From an uncultured Planctomycetaceae bacterium (lineage in GTDB: Bacteria > Planctomycetota > Planctomycetia > Isosphaerales > Isosphaeraceae), in NCBI GenBank assembly GCA_963833985.1, contig CAWIAD010000002.1:2464001-2528000 (forward strand): DNA of 64,000 bases. Direction: 5' to 3'. Below the pieces are notes generated by a model, which made no database searches, was not told where the DNA came from, and saw only the letters and a list, made by a program, of their open reading frames with translations. The stretch's first letter is position 1. Every line of letters begins with the position of its first letter. Shown here piece after piece: positions 1 to 9,579 of the stretch. A program made the translations under genes and the position numbers.

Positions 1-3000
1 GACTGGCGGACTGGCTGTTCCATCTTGACGTCTTCGTTCGCCTGGCGCTGCTGGTCGCGGTGGCGTCGGCCGGGCTCTGGGTGCTCCTGAAACTCGTCCT
101 GCGGCCGCTGTTCGTGCGGTTCGCCGACCTCGATATCGCCATGCGGATCGAAGAGCGCTGGCCGGGCCTGCACGACCGTCTCGCCAGCACGATCCAGTTC
201 CTGCGGCTGAGCCCCGAGGACGATCGCTTCGGCTCGCCCGCCCTCCGCGCGGCGACCATCAAGCAGGCCATCGAGGAGACCCGGGCGATTGATTTTCGCC
301 AGGCCATCGACCGCCGGCCGATCCTCCGCGCGGCCGCCATGGCGCTGGGCTGCCTGGCCCTGGCCGGGCTCTTCGGCGTCTTTGACCCCGCGTCCAGCCG
401 GCTCGCCCTCAAGCGGCTCTTCGTTCCCTGGGCCGGAGATCGCTGGCCCCAGCAAACGCACCTGGCTCTGGACGAGGCCGGAACGACCCTGAAGATCGCC
501 CGTGGTGACTCGTTCGCGCTGGCGGTCCAGGTGCGCCGCGGCGATCGCATCCCGGACACCGCGCGGGTGAGCTACCGGTTCCTCGACGGCGAAGAGATCA
601 CCGAGCCGCTTCGGCCCGGCGACGGGGGCGCCTTCCGCGGCCGCATCGAGACGGTCAACCAGCCGTTCAAGTTCTCGGTGGCCGGCGGCGACGACAGCAC
701 GTCGATCCGCGACGTCGAGGTCAAGGTGGTTCCTCCTCCGGCCATCAGCCGGCTCAATATCCGCCTCGTCTCGCCCCAGTACACGGGGCTGGGAACCCAG
801 ACCCTGGCCGCCGGGCTCACCTCGTTCCGGGTTCTCGAGGGGACTCGCGTCGAGCTCGACGCGCAGGTGAACAAGGCGCTGGCGTCCGCCGAGCTGTTCC
901 TGGGTGAACGGTCCTCCCCGCAGAAAGTTGCGTTTGGGCCCGGTCAAACCAGCTTTCAGGCGAGCTTCCCGGTCAAGGAGAACGTGTCGTTCTGGTTCGC
1001 ACTCAAGGACACCGAAGGGTTCCGCGACCGCGACTCCGTGCGCCACGATGTGCGCATGTTCAAGGACGAGGCGCCGCGCGTGGTCATGGACGAACCGCGG
1101 AGCGATCGCGACGTCCCCGCGGACGCCCTGGTACCGATCCATCTCGAGGTGGACGACGACTTTGGCATCCATTCAGCGCGGCTGCTGTACAAGATCTCCA
1201 CAGGCGATTCCGAACCTCACGACGCCGTGGTCATCCCGCTCTGGTCGGCGCCCGCCCAGGAGCCCCAGCTGGCCCAGCCGGCTTATGTCAAGCACCAGGA
1301 GATCGCCTACGAGTGGAGCCTGGCTCCGCTCAAGCTGGCGATCGGCTCCATCATCACCCTGCATGCCGACGCACGTGACTTTGATACGGTGAGCGGACCG
1401 AATGTGGGCAAGAGCCGCGAGCTGAGGCTGCGGATCGTCTCCAAGGAAGACGCCTCCCGGCAGCTCGACGACGGCCGCCGCGAGCTGCGTGAGGAGATTG
1501 CCCGCATTCTCGCGATGCAGCGCCAGGCGATCACCCCGGTCGAGGACGCCGCGCGTACGCTCGCGCGGACGGACCGCCTGCCGCGCACCCAGCGCGACAG
1601 CCTGAACAATGCCGGCCTGATCCAGCGGCAGGTGGGCAGCCGGATGAGCAACCGCGATGAAGGGCTCGAGCAGAAGCTGCGCCGGCTGCTCGATGATCTG
1701 CGTAATTTCAAGATCGCCAACCCTGATGCCCAGCAGCAGATGCAGAACATGCTGGGCCAGCTTGCCATGCTCCGCGACCGCCATCTCGGCCCCGCCGAAC
1801 AGGGTCTCAGCCAGGCCGGCAAGAGCCTGGCGCAGATCCCGGAATCGCAGCCGACACCCGCCGGCCGCGAGGACCAGGGCCAGAAGCCGCAGGACGGCCA
1901 GCCCCAGGAGTCCGGCAAGAACGCCACTCCCCCGCCGGACGCCACGCAGGGTCCGTCCAGGAACTCGCAGGCGTCCAGGGCGGCCGACCAGCAAGACGCC
2001 GCCGGCCGGCAGACGCCCGCCCAGGCTGCCGGCAAGCCGGCGAACGACCCCGCCGAGAGCCGGAAGACTGCCGGGCAGCCATCCCAGGAAGGCACGAAGA
2101 ACCAGGCGTCGCAGCCATCCCAGGAGGGCGCGAAGAACCAGGCGTCGCAGCCATCCCAGGAGGGCACGAAGAACCAGGCGTCGCAGCCATCCCAGGAGGG
2201 CGCGAAGAACCAGGCGTCGCAGCCATCCCAGGAGGGCACGAAGAACCAGGCGTCGCAGCCATCCCAGGAGGGCGCGAAGAATCCGGCGTCGCAGGCGCCG
2301 CAAGACATCGCCCGCCGCTCGCTCGCGGAAGCGAAGACGAATCAGAAGGCGATCGCCGACGAGCTTCAGAAGATGCTCGAGAGCCTGGGCGAGTTCGAGA
2401 GCTACCGGGGCGTGGTCAAGGATGCGCAGGCCCTGCTGAAGAAGCAGGAAGAGACGATGAAGCAGGCGGCCGAGGCGGCCACCCGTCCCGACCTGATGGG
2501 CAAGTCGGCCGATGCCCTCTCGCAAGAACAGAAGGCCGAGCTGGGCAACCTCTCCTCACGTCAGTCCGATCTGGCCAAGAATCTCCAGAACTTGCAGGAG
2601 CGCATGGACGACCTGGGCAAGCGGCTGGAGGAGTCTGATCCGCTGGCCGCCTCGGCAATGCGCGAGGCCGCCAGCAAGAGCCGCCAGCAAGGGACCAGCG
2701 GCAAGATGGGGCAGGCCGCCGAGCAGCTCGACAAGAACCAGATGGGCCAGGCTCGCGCCCAGCAGGACAAGGCCCGCCAGGAGCTGCGCGAGCTTGTCGA
2801 CGCGGTGCAGAACCGCCGCGAGCGCGAGCTATCGCGGCTGGTCAAGGAGCTGAAGAAGGCCGAATCCGAGATGCGCGAGCTGCGCAAGCGGCAGGCCCAG
2901 AACCTCAAGGCCACGCGCGACGCGAAGCAAAACCCGAACGCCCAGGAGCGCAAGAACCAGCTCAAGAAGCTGGCCAAGGAGCAGGAGCAGATTCAGCAGG

Positions 3001-3878
3001 AGCTCAAGCGGCAGCTCCAGAGGCTGGCCAAGCTGGCCGCCGACCGGGCCGGACGGGCGGCCTCGGATGCCTCGGGTAAGATGTCCAAGGCGCAGCAGGA
3101 GCTCGACCAGGACCAGGGAGATGAGGCAGACAAGAACGAGGAAGAAGCCCTGGCTGACCTGAATGACGCCCAGGACGAGCTCGAGCAGGACCGCAAGGAT
3201 GCCAAGGAGCGGCTGGCCATGGAGCAGCTTGCCCGCATGGGCGACCAGCTCAAGTCACTCGCCGAGCGGCAGGCCAAGATGGTCACCGATACCGAAAGCT
3301 ACGACAATCTCCGCAAGCAGGCCGACGGCAAGCTCACCATCGCTCAGCGTGCCGGGGTCCGCGGTCTGGGACAGATCCAGTCCGGGCTGAAGGACGAGAC
3401 GACCGGGCTTGTTGAACAGCTTGAAGGTGCGCCTGTCTTCTCGCTGACACTCAAGCAGGCCGCCGAGAACATGGAGCAGGCGGCCGAGCGGCTCCAGGCC
3501 ACCAAGACCGACGAAGAAACCCAGAAGGCTATCAAGTCGGCGGCGCACCGTTACCAGCAGCTCATTGATGCGCTCAAGGCCGATGAGGCCAAGCAGCAGG
3601 CTGGCGGCGGAGGGGGCGGTGGCGGCGGTGGAGGAGGAGGCGGGGCCGGCCAGAACGGAGGCGACGGGATTCCCGCGACGGCGCAGCTCAAGATGCTCAA
3701 GACCTTGCAGCAAGAGCTCAACGAGCGGACCGAGGCGTTCGACGAGCTGCGGCGGAGAAACCAGAAGCTGACGCCCGACCAGACCAGGGACGCCGACCGG
3801 CTGGCCACCGACCAGGGCGCTCTGGCCGACCTCGTGCGCGATCTGACCAAGCCCAGACGGGACGACGGGGAGGAATGA
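1..3878 (+). CDS. Large membrane-anchored coiled-coil protein (planctomycete DUF4175-like), 5'-truncated by the window edge
   Basis: The frame of ORF 60..3878 is open back to base 3 (LADWLFHLDVFVRLALLVAV). N-terminal hydrophobic helices are followed by 'A.RIE..WP.L.DRL.S.IQF', a beta-rich middle region, long Q/E/K/A heptad coiled coils and a poly-Gly tract. Confidence 0.75.
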   Translation, partial: LADWLFHLDVFVRLALLVAVASAGLWVLLKLVLRPLFVRFADLDIAMRIEERWPGLHDRLASTIQFLRLSPEDDRFGSPALRAATIKQAIEETRAIDFRQAIDRRPILRAAAMALGCLALAGLFGVFDPASSRLALKRLFVPWAGDRWPQQTHLALDEAGTTLKIARGDSFALAVQVRRGDRIPDTARVSYRFLDGEEITEPLRPGDGGAFRGRIETVNQPFKFSVAGGDDSTSIRDVEVKVVPPPAISRLNIRLVSPQYTGLGTQTLAAGLTSFRVLEGTRVELDAQVNKALASAELFLGERSSPQKVAFGPGQTSFQASFPVKENVSFWFALKDTEGFRDRDSVRHDVRMFKDEAPRVVMDEPRSDRDVPADALVPIHLEVDDDFGIHSARLLYKISTGDSEPHDAVVIPLWSAPAQEPQLAQPAYVKHQEIAYEWSLAPLKLAIGSIITLHADARDFDTVSGPNVGKSRELRLRIVSKEDASRQLDDGRRELREEIARILAMQRQAITPVEDAARTLARTDRLPRTQRDSLNNAGLIQRQVGSRMSNRDEGLEQKLRRLLDDLRNFKIANPDAQQQMQNMLGQLAMLRDRHLGPAEQGLSQAGKSLAQIPESQPTPAGREDQGQKPQDGQPQESGKNATPPPDATQGPSRNSQASRAADQQDAAGRQTPAQAAGKPANDPAESRKTAGQPSQEGTKNQASQPSQEGAKNQASQPSQEGTKNQASQPSQEGAKNQASQPSQEGTKNQASQPSQEGAKNPASQAPQDIARRSLAEAKTNQKAIADELQKMLESLGEFESYRGVVKDAQALLKKQEETMKQAAEAATRPDLMGKSADALSQEQKAELGNLSSRQSDLAKNLQNLQERMDDLGKRLEESDPLAASAMREAASKSRQQGTSGKMGQAAEQLDKNQMGQARAQQDKARQELRELVDAVQNRRERELSRLVKELKKAESEMRELRKRQAQNLKATRDAKQNPNAQERKNQLKKLAKEQEQIQQELKRQLQRLAKLAADRAGRAASDASGKMSKAQQELDQDQGDEADKNEEEALADLNDAQDELEQDRKDAKERLAMEQLARMGDQLKSLAERQAKMVTDTESYDNLRKQADGKLTIAQRAGVRGLGQIQSGLKDETTGLVEQLEGAPVFSLTLKQAAENMEQAAERLQATKTDEETQKAIKSAAHRYQQLIDALKADEAKQQAGGGGGGGGGGGGGGAGQNGGDGIPATAQLKMLKTLQQELNERTEAFDELRRRNQKLTPDQTRDADRLATDQGALADLVRDLTKPRRDDGEE
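2076..2291 (+). repeat. In-frame 36-bp tandem repeat x6 encoding QPSQEG(T/A)KNQAS
   Basis: The unit CAGCCATCCCAGGAGGGC(A/G)CGAAGAACCAGGCGTCG occurs six times, with T and A variants alternating. Confidence 0.95.
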
Positions 3879-4921
3879 CCATGATCTTCGATCGGATGCT
3901 GATGCCGGCCCTCGCACTGGCCACCGCCATCGCCTGGTGCGGCCCCGCAGGCGCCGAGGAGACCGGCAAGAGCGAGGACGAGGCGCTCGATTCCCTGCTC
4001 CAGAAGCTGGAGCGTCCCGGCGGCGACCTGACGTCGAAAAAAGAATCGCAGGGCTCGAAGCCGCAGACCGCGGGAGCCGACGGTAAGGCGGCTGCCAGGC
4101 CGTCCGGCACGATCGCACCGAGCCGCGGCGAGAAGGCAGGGAAGGACGGCAAGCCCGCCACGAAGGCTGCCAGTGGCGGCAAGAACGGCTCCGGCGAGGT
4201 CGCGACGCAAGACAAGGAAATTGACGAGCTGCTCGAGAAGCTCGGCGAGACCAGGGACGAGCCGGCGGCCGAGGAGCACTCGCGTTCGCGGTCCCAGCCC
4301 GTCGAGCCCGACGGCCCGTCACGGCCTGACGCCGGTGGAGGCCCTGAGCACAAGACCAAACCCAGCAGCAAGCCCAGGTCCGCAGAGCAGGGGCTCGAGG
4401 GCAAGGACAAGGAGCTCGATGCGAAGCTCGAGGAGTTGCTCGGCAAGAAGCGGAAGAAGAACCGCGAGCAGCAGGAAGACGGCTCTGGCCCGCTCGGCGA
4501 GATCATCAAGGAGATGCGTGACGTCGAGCAGCGCCTGGGAAAGCCGGAGACCGGCGATGACACGCAGTCCAGGCAGAAGCAGATCGTCAAGCGGATCGAG
4601 ACCCTGATCCAGCAGATCAAGCAGTCGGGCTCGTCCGGCTCGATGGCCATGCGCATGGTGCGGCAGCCCGGGCAGAAGCCCGGCAACCAGCAAGGGCAGA
4701 ACCCCGGCGCCAATGCCGCCGGAGCACCACCCATGAAACCCATGAAACCTTCGGACCGCCATGCCCCGGCCGGCGGACAGGACGTCTGGGGCCACCTGCC
4801 TCCGGAGCTGAGGCAAGAGATGGAGAACAGCTTCAAGGAAGAAGCGCTCGATACGAAGGCCGAGCTGATCCGCCGCTATTACCTTTCGGTTGCCAAGCAG
4901 CGCCTGGTGCGGGGGGACTGA
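3875..4921 (+). CDS. Secreted, low-complexity charged hypothetical protein
   Basis: ATGA overlap with the upstream stop, signal-peptide-like N-terminus, and a C-terminal 'WGHLPPELRQEM...ELIRRYYLSVA' motif typical of planctomycete coiled-coil clusters. Confidence 0.7.
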   Translation: MTMIFDRMLMPALALATAIAWCGPAGAEETGKSEDEALDSLLQKLERPGGDLTSKKESQGSKPQTAGADGKAAARPSGTIAPSRGEKAGKDGKPATKAASGGKNGSGEVATQDKEIDELLEKLGETRDEPAAEEHSRSRSQPVEPDGPSRPDAGGGPEHKTKPSSKPRSAEQGLEGKDKELDAKLEELLGKKRKKNREQQEDGSGPLGEIIKEMRDVEQRLGKPETGDDTQSRQKQIVKRIETLIQQIKQSGSSGSMAMRMVRQPGQKPGNQQGQNPGANAAGAPPMKPMKPSDRHAPAGGQDVWGHLPPELRQEMENSFKEEALDTKAELIRRYYLSVAKQRLVRGD

Positions 4922-4924
4922 TCC

Positions 4925-6046
4925 ATGAAACGGCGAGACATCATGGCCAGTTGGCATCTGTTCCTCGTGGCGGCCATTGCCCTGGCCGGCATGCTGGCGA
5001 GCCGGAGCGCCACGGCCCAGACGAAGTCTGACGGTGCCGGTAAGGAAAACTCCAAGTCAGTGGGCGCCTTCGGGGAGGGCCGGCGCGGGGACGTTCCCGA
5101 AGGCACCGCCGAGATGCTCACGCCCGACACCGACAAGGCCATCGAGAGCGGCCTGGAATGGCTTGCCCACGCACAGAACGCCGATGGCTCGTTCGGCACC
5201 GGAACCTACCGGGGCAACATCGCCGTGACCAGCCTGGCCGGCCTGGCGTTCATGTCCAACGGCTCCAGCCCCGGCCGCGGCCCCTACGGTCCCCAGATCG
5301 ACAAGGCCCTTGGCTACGTGATGGAGAACACCTCGCCCTCAGGCTTCATCGCCGTGGCATCCTCGTCGACGCACGGCCCGATGTACTCGCACGGCTTCGG
5401 GGCCCTGTTCCTTGCCGAAGCCTACGGCATGACGCACCGGGCGGACATCCGCGAGAAGCTCCAGAAAGCCGTGCGGCTGATCATCGATACGCAGAATAAC
5501 GAGGGTGGCTGGCGCTATCAGCCGGTGCGCAGGGATGCCGATCTCTCGGTCACCATCTGCCAGATCAACGCCCTCCGCGCTGCACGCAACGCGGGCCTGT
5601 ACGTCCCCAAGGAGACGGTCGAAGCCTGCATTCGCTACGTCAAGCAGTCTCAGAACCCGGACGGCGGCTTCCGCTACATGCTCCAGGGAGGCGCCAGCGC
5701 CTTTCCACGCTCGGCCGCGGGAGTGGTCGCCCTGCAAAGTGCAGGCGAGTACGACAACAAGGAAATTCGTGACGGAATCTCCTATCTTCGCCAGTACATG
5801 AAAGAGATCAAGCTGGGCAGCCGATACAGCCACTACTATTACGGCCACTACTACGCGGCCCAGGCGATGTGGATCCGCGGGGGTGAGGACTGGACCGAAT
5901 GGTTCCCGGCGATCCGCGCCGAGTTGCTCCGCCGCCAGTCCACGTCGGGCTACTGGACCGACAGCATCTGCAACGAGTACGGTACGGCGATGGCCCTCAT
6001 CATCTTGCAAATCCCCAACAATTACCTGCCCATCTTCCAGCGTTAA
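4925..6046 (+). CDS. Prenyltransferase/squalene-cyclase (QW-type) repeat protein, secreted
   Basis: Repeated motifs 'GLEWLAHAQNADGSF', 'QNNEGGWRY', 'QNPDGGFRY' and 'RQSTSGYW', plus a signal peptide. Confidence 0.85.
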   Translation: MKRRDIMASWHLFLVAAIALAGMLASRSATAQTKSDGAGKENSKSVGAFGEGRRGDVPEGTAEMLTPDTDKAIESGLEWLAHAQNADGSFGTGTYRGNIAVTSLAGLAFMSNGSSPGRGPYGPQIDKALGYVMENTSPSGFIAVASSSTHGPMYSHGFGALFLAEAYGMTHRADIREKLQKAVRLIIDTQNNEGGWRYQPVRRDADLSVTICQINALRAARNAGLYVPKETVEACIRYVKQSQNPDGGFRYMLQGGASAFPRSAAGVVALQSAGEYDNKEIRDGISYLRQYMKEIKLGSRYSHYYYGHYYAAQAMWIRGGEDWTEWFPAIRAELLRRQSTSGYWTDSICNEYGTAMALIILQIPNNYLPIFQR

Positions 6047-6067
6047 CCGCGCGAGGTCCAGGCCGTC

Positions 6068-7328
6068 ATGTTGCGTGTGCGTGGTCGTCACCGGTTCGGC
6101 TTGCTCTCTCTGGCAGTTGCCGTCGCGCTCGGGACCGCCGCCGGATCAGGCGGTGCGCGTGGAATGGCAGGCGAGGCCTCGCCTGCGGCCGGCGGCCCGG
6201 TCTTTCGCGGCCTCCGGGTCGATGGCACCAGCGTCGCGGGGAAGCTTCAGGGCTTCACGGCGGATTCCGTCGTCCTGGCGGTGGACGAAAAGCAGAAGCT
6301 GGAGCTGCCACTCCGCACCCTGGTCAAGCTCACGCGGGATCCCCGCGTGCCCACCCTGGCGGTCGAGGGCTCTCATGTCCTGCTGCCCGAGGGCGACCGC
6401 CTGATGCGGGTGATCGTTGGCGCATCGACCGATACCGCCGTCGAGGTGCAATCCCAGTCGGCACTCGGCAAGCTCGCGGTTCCGCTGGAGTCCATCCTCG
6501 GGCTGGTTCTCACCGCGCCCGGTGAGTCGGAAGGGTTCGACCAGCTCTGGAACCGTGTGGCCGGCGAACCCAGGACCACCGAGGTCGTCTGGATGGCCAA
6601 CGGCGACCGCATGACCGGCGGGTTCCTCGGTCTCGATGACCGCGCCGTCAGGCTCCAGGTTGACGCCAAGCCCGTGGAGATCGATCGCACCGGGGTGGTC
6701 GCCGTGGGGTTTGATCCGGCGCTGGTCGCCTACCCCCAGCGTCCAGCCGCGTACCTTGATCTGACCTTGACCGATGGCTCGCGGTTCGGCGTCACCGGCG
6801 CGGATCGAGCGGGGACAGTTGCTCGCGACCACGCGGTTCGGCCAGACCGTCTCCCTGCCACTGGCCGAACTGGCCCGTCTCGATTCGCGTACCGACGCGG
6901 TGGTCTATCTCACCGAGCGCAAGGTGGCCGCGCAGAGCAACTCCGGTTACCTGGGCGCACCGCGCCCTGTGCGCAGCGATCGCACCGTGGACGGCCACCT
7001 CTTCCAGCTCGGCGGACAGACCTATGATCGCGGGCTGGGAACGCAAAGCCAGACGCTGCTGGCCTACAAGATCGAGCCCGGCGACCGCCGCTTCCAGGCG
7101 CTCGTGGGTGTGGACGATCGCGCGGGGCCGCTGGGCAATGTGGTCTTTCGCGTGTTGACCGATCGAAACCCGAGGTTCACGTCGCCCCCGCTTTCCGCGA
7201 GGGACGCGCCGCGGGGCATTGATATCGACCTGGGCAATGCCAGGCTGCTGATCCTCGTCACCGAGTTTGGTGAGCGGGGCGACGTTCGCGACCTGGCCGA
7301 CTGGGTCGAGGCAAGGATCATTCGCTAG
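6068..7328 (+). CDS. NPCBM/NEW2 carbohydrate-binding-domain protein (frameshift near 6800)
   Basis: ORF 6068..7027 continues in ORF 6774..7328, which has NPCBM-like motifs (TYDRGLGTQS, RFQALVGVDD, VVFRVLTD, DLADWVEARI). Confidence 0.75.
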
Positions 7329-7446
7329 ACGCGGCGATGCTGCGGATGGTTGCGGCGGTCGCACCAGCCTCGTGTGGAGGCATGACAATTGCACGGTTGT
7401 GAGGCGCAAGTGTTCTTTGCGGCCGTCACGGCCCCAAGGTGAAACC

Positions 7447-8160
7447 ATGGACAGGACGGACCTCAGACCCTACCTGGGCCATCTTTGCTCGTCAGCCGGG
7501 CATCTCATCATCAACTGTTTCAGCACGATTGTCAGCCAGGGGGAGATTGTGCGCACGCTCACCGAATCGGGGGGGGCACAATCTCATCAGGAGATCCTCC
7601 ACAGGATCGACACGATCATCCGCACTGCGCTCGATGCGGCCGGCACCGCCAGGCGGTTGATCGACTTCAGCCACGAATGCACGGCGATCGAACTGGATGA
7701 GTCGGGTCGGGCAACGGGGCTCGTTCAGCTCGATCGCCTGCTCGCCGAACTGGTCGCCGCGGAGAAGGCCAGGCTTGCATCGGCGGCGAACTGGGTCCTG
7801 AAGCTGGAACCGGTGCCGCCCATCCGCGGCCATGCCGAAGCTTTGCGGGCGATGTTCCGGCAGTTCTTCCTGAATGCCGTCGAGTCGTTCCCGCAGGGCA
7901 CGGGAACCATCACGATCTCCACCCGGACCGACGCGCAGAACTGGCTGTCCGTGGAGATTCTCGACGACGGTTCAGGTATGGAAGACGAGGCGCTACAGCG
8001 TGCCTTCGAGCCGTTCTACAGTACCAAGCCGGACCATGGCGGCATCGGCCTGGCCATTGCCCGAAGCATCTGGCGCAGGCATCGCGGGACGATCTCACTG
8101 GAGAGCCTGCCCGAGCAAGGGACCGTAGTCCGACTCTCGGCCGCTGGCCTGGAAACCTGA
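7447..8160 (+). CDS. Histidine kinase-like protein (HisKA-like + HATPase_c) with no sensor domain
   Basis: H-box-like LGHLCSSAGHLIINCFSTI, N-box FLNAVES, G1 DDGSGM, F-box FEPFYSTK and G2 GGIGLAI. Confidence 0.75.
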   Translation: MDRTDLRPYLGHLCSSAGHLIINCFSTIVSQGEIVRTLTESGGAQSHQEILHRIDTIIRTALDAAGTARRLIDFSHECTAIELDESGRATGLVQLDRLLAELVAAEKARLASAANWVLKLEPVPPIRGHAEALRAMFRQFFLNAVESFPQGTGTITISTRTDAQNWLSVEILDDGSGMEDEALQRAFEPFYSTKPDHGGIGLAIARSIWRRHRGTISLESLPEQGTVVRLSAAGLET

Positions 8161-8175
8161 GCTCGCGGGCACGAA

Positions 8176-9566
8176 TCACCCGAAGATCGCGGTGATCGGC
8201 TGGCCGGCCGCGATCGGCAAGGGCCGATTCAGGCCGTCGTGAACCTCCGTGGCCGGGTCGATGCCGAGCACCAGTACATGGTGGCGGCGATGTCGTCGGG
8301 CGTGACCGGGTCGGCCGCGGGGTAGGCGCCGAGGCGGTCGCTGGAGCCGAACACGGCGCCGGGGATGGTTCCGCCGCCGGCGAAGAGAACCGTGTAGCAG
8401 AAGGGCCAGTGATCGCGCCCGTCCGGGCCGAACTGCTTGGTGTTCATCACTCTGGGCGTACGCCCGAACTCCCCCATCCAGACCACGAGTGTCTCCTCCA
8501 GTAAACCGCGGGCGGCAAGGTCGCGGATGAGCGTGGGGACTGTCTGGTCGGTGATGGGCAGAAGCCTCTGCTTGAGCTGGTTGAAATTATCGCCGTGCGT
8601 GTCCCAGCCGCCATTGCCTTTGCCGCCGATCGAGGCCGAGTAATAGACCGAGACGAACCGCACTCCGGCCTCGACGAGCCTGCGGGCCAGCAGGCAGCTT
8701 TGACCGTACGTGGTACGGCCGTAGTCGTCGCGCAGGCGGGCGGGCTCGTGCGACAGGTCGAACGCCTGCTTGACGCGTGGTGCGGCCAGCATGGTCAGTG
8801 CGCGGCTGTAGAACGCGTCGATGCCCCGGGCCGTTTCCGACCAGGTCTCGAGATCGGTCTGAGCGTCGATGAGCTGCTGCATGCTTCGCCGGTCATCAAG
8901 GCGAGACAGGGGCAGGTGCTCGGGCAGGGTCAGCTCGGGAAGCCGGAACGAGGCGCGGTTGGGGTCCTGGCCGATGAAGAACGGATCAAACGCCTTGCCC
9001 AGGAAGCTGGCGTGCTGTCCGGGCGTGACGCTGCCATCGCGCAGGACGTGGGGAAACGCCACGAAGCTGGGCATCGCCGGGTCGTCAGCCGGCCGCAGGC
9101 GTGCGACGGTGCTGCCGTAGGCGGGGTAGAGCTCCTGCGTATCGCGGAGGCGGATGTCGTCCAGCGGCGGGGCATGCCCGGTCAGGCTGTAGTAGGTGGC
9201 CGAGTTATGGTTCCGCATCTTGTGGTGCACCGAGCGCACCTGCGCAAAGCGGTCCAGTACGGTGGAGAAGCGCGGCAGATGCTCGGTGATCGTGAGTCCG
9301 GGCTGGCCGGTGGCGATCGGCCGGAACTCGCCGCGGATCCCGTCAGGCGCACCCGGCTTCATGTCGAACGTATCGATGTGTGACGGGCCGCCGAACTGGT
9401 GCAGGAAGATGATGTTCCGCGCGCGCGGCCGGAGGCTGCTGCCCCTCTCCGCGGCGCTCAGCCATTGGCCCAGGTTCAGCCCCGCGATGCCCGCGGTTCC
9501 CGCACGCAGCAAGGCACGCCGCGACAACCGGCAGGCGGCTCGATAATCTCCACAGGCACGCGCCAT
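8176..9566 (-). CDS. DUF1501 family protein (Tat-like signal; C-terminal frameshift near 8272)
   Basis: SRRALL, GGPSHIDTFDMKP, GWDTH, GEFGRTP and GRDHW motifs. The shifted frame gives the usual ending LGIDPATEVHDGLNRPLPIAAGQPITAIFG*. Confidence 0.9.
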
Positions 9567-9579
9567 GGCTGGGACTCCC

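Noticed and set aside
3603..3648. GGC-rich tract as a regulatory or G-quadruplex element
   Set aside because: It is explained by an in-frame poly-glycine linker with mixed codons.
4925..6046. Squalene-hopene cyclase / terpene cluster
   Set aside because: Only 373 aa, secreted, no DxDD motif, and no hopanoid genes nearby.
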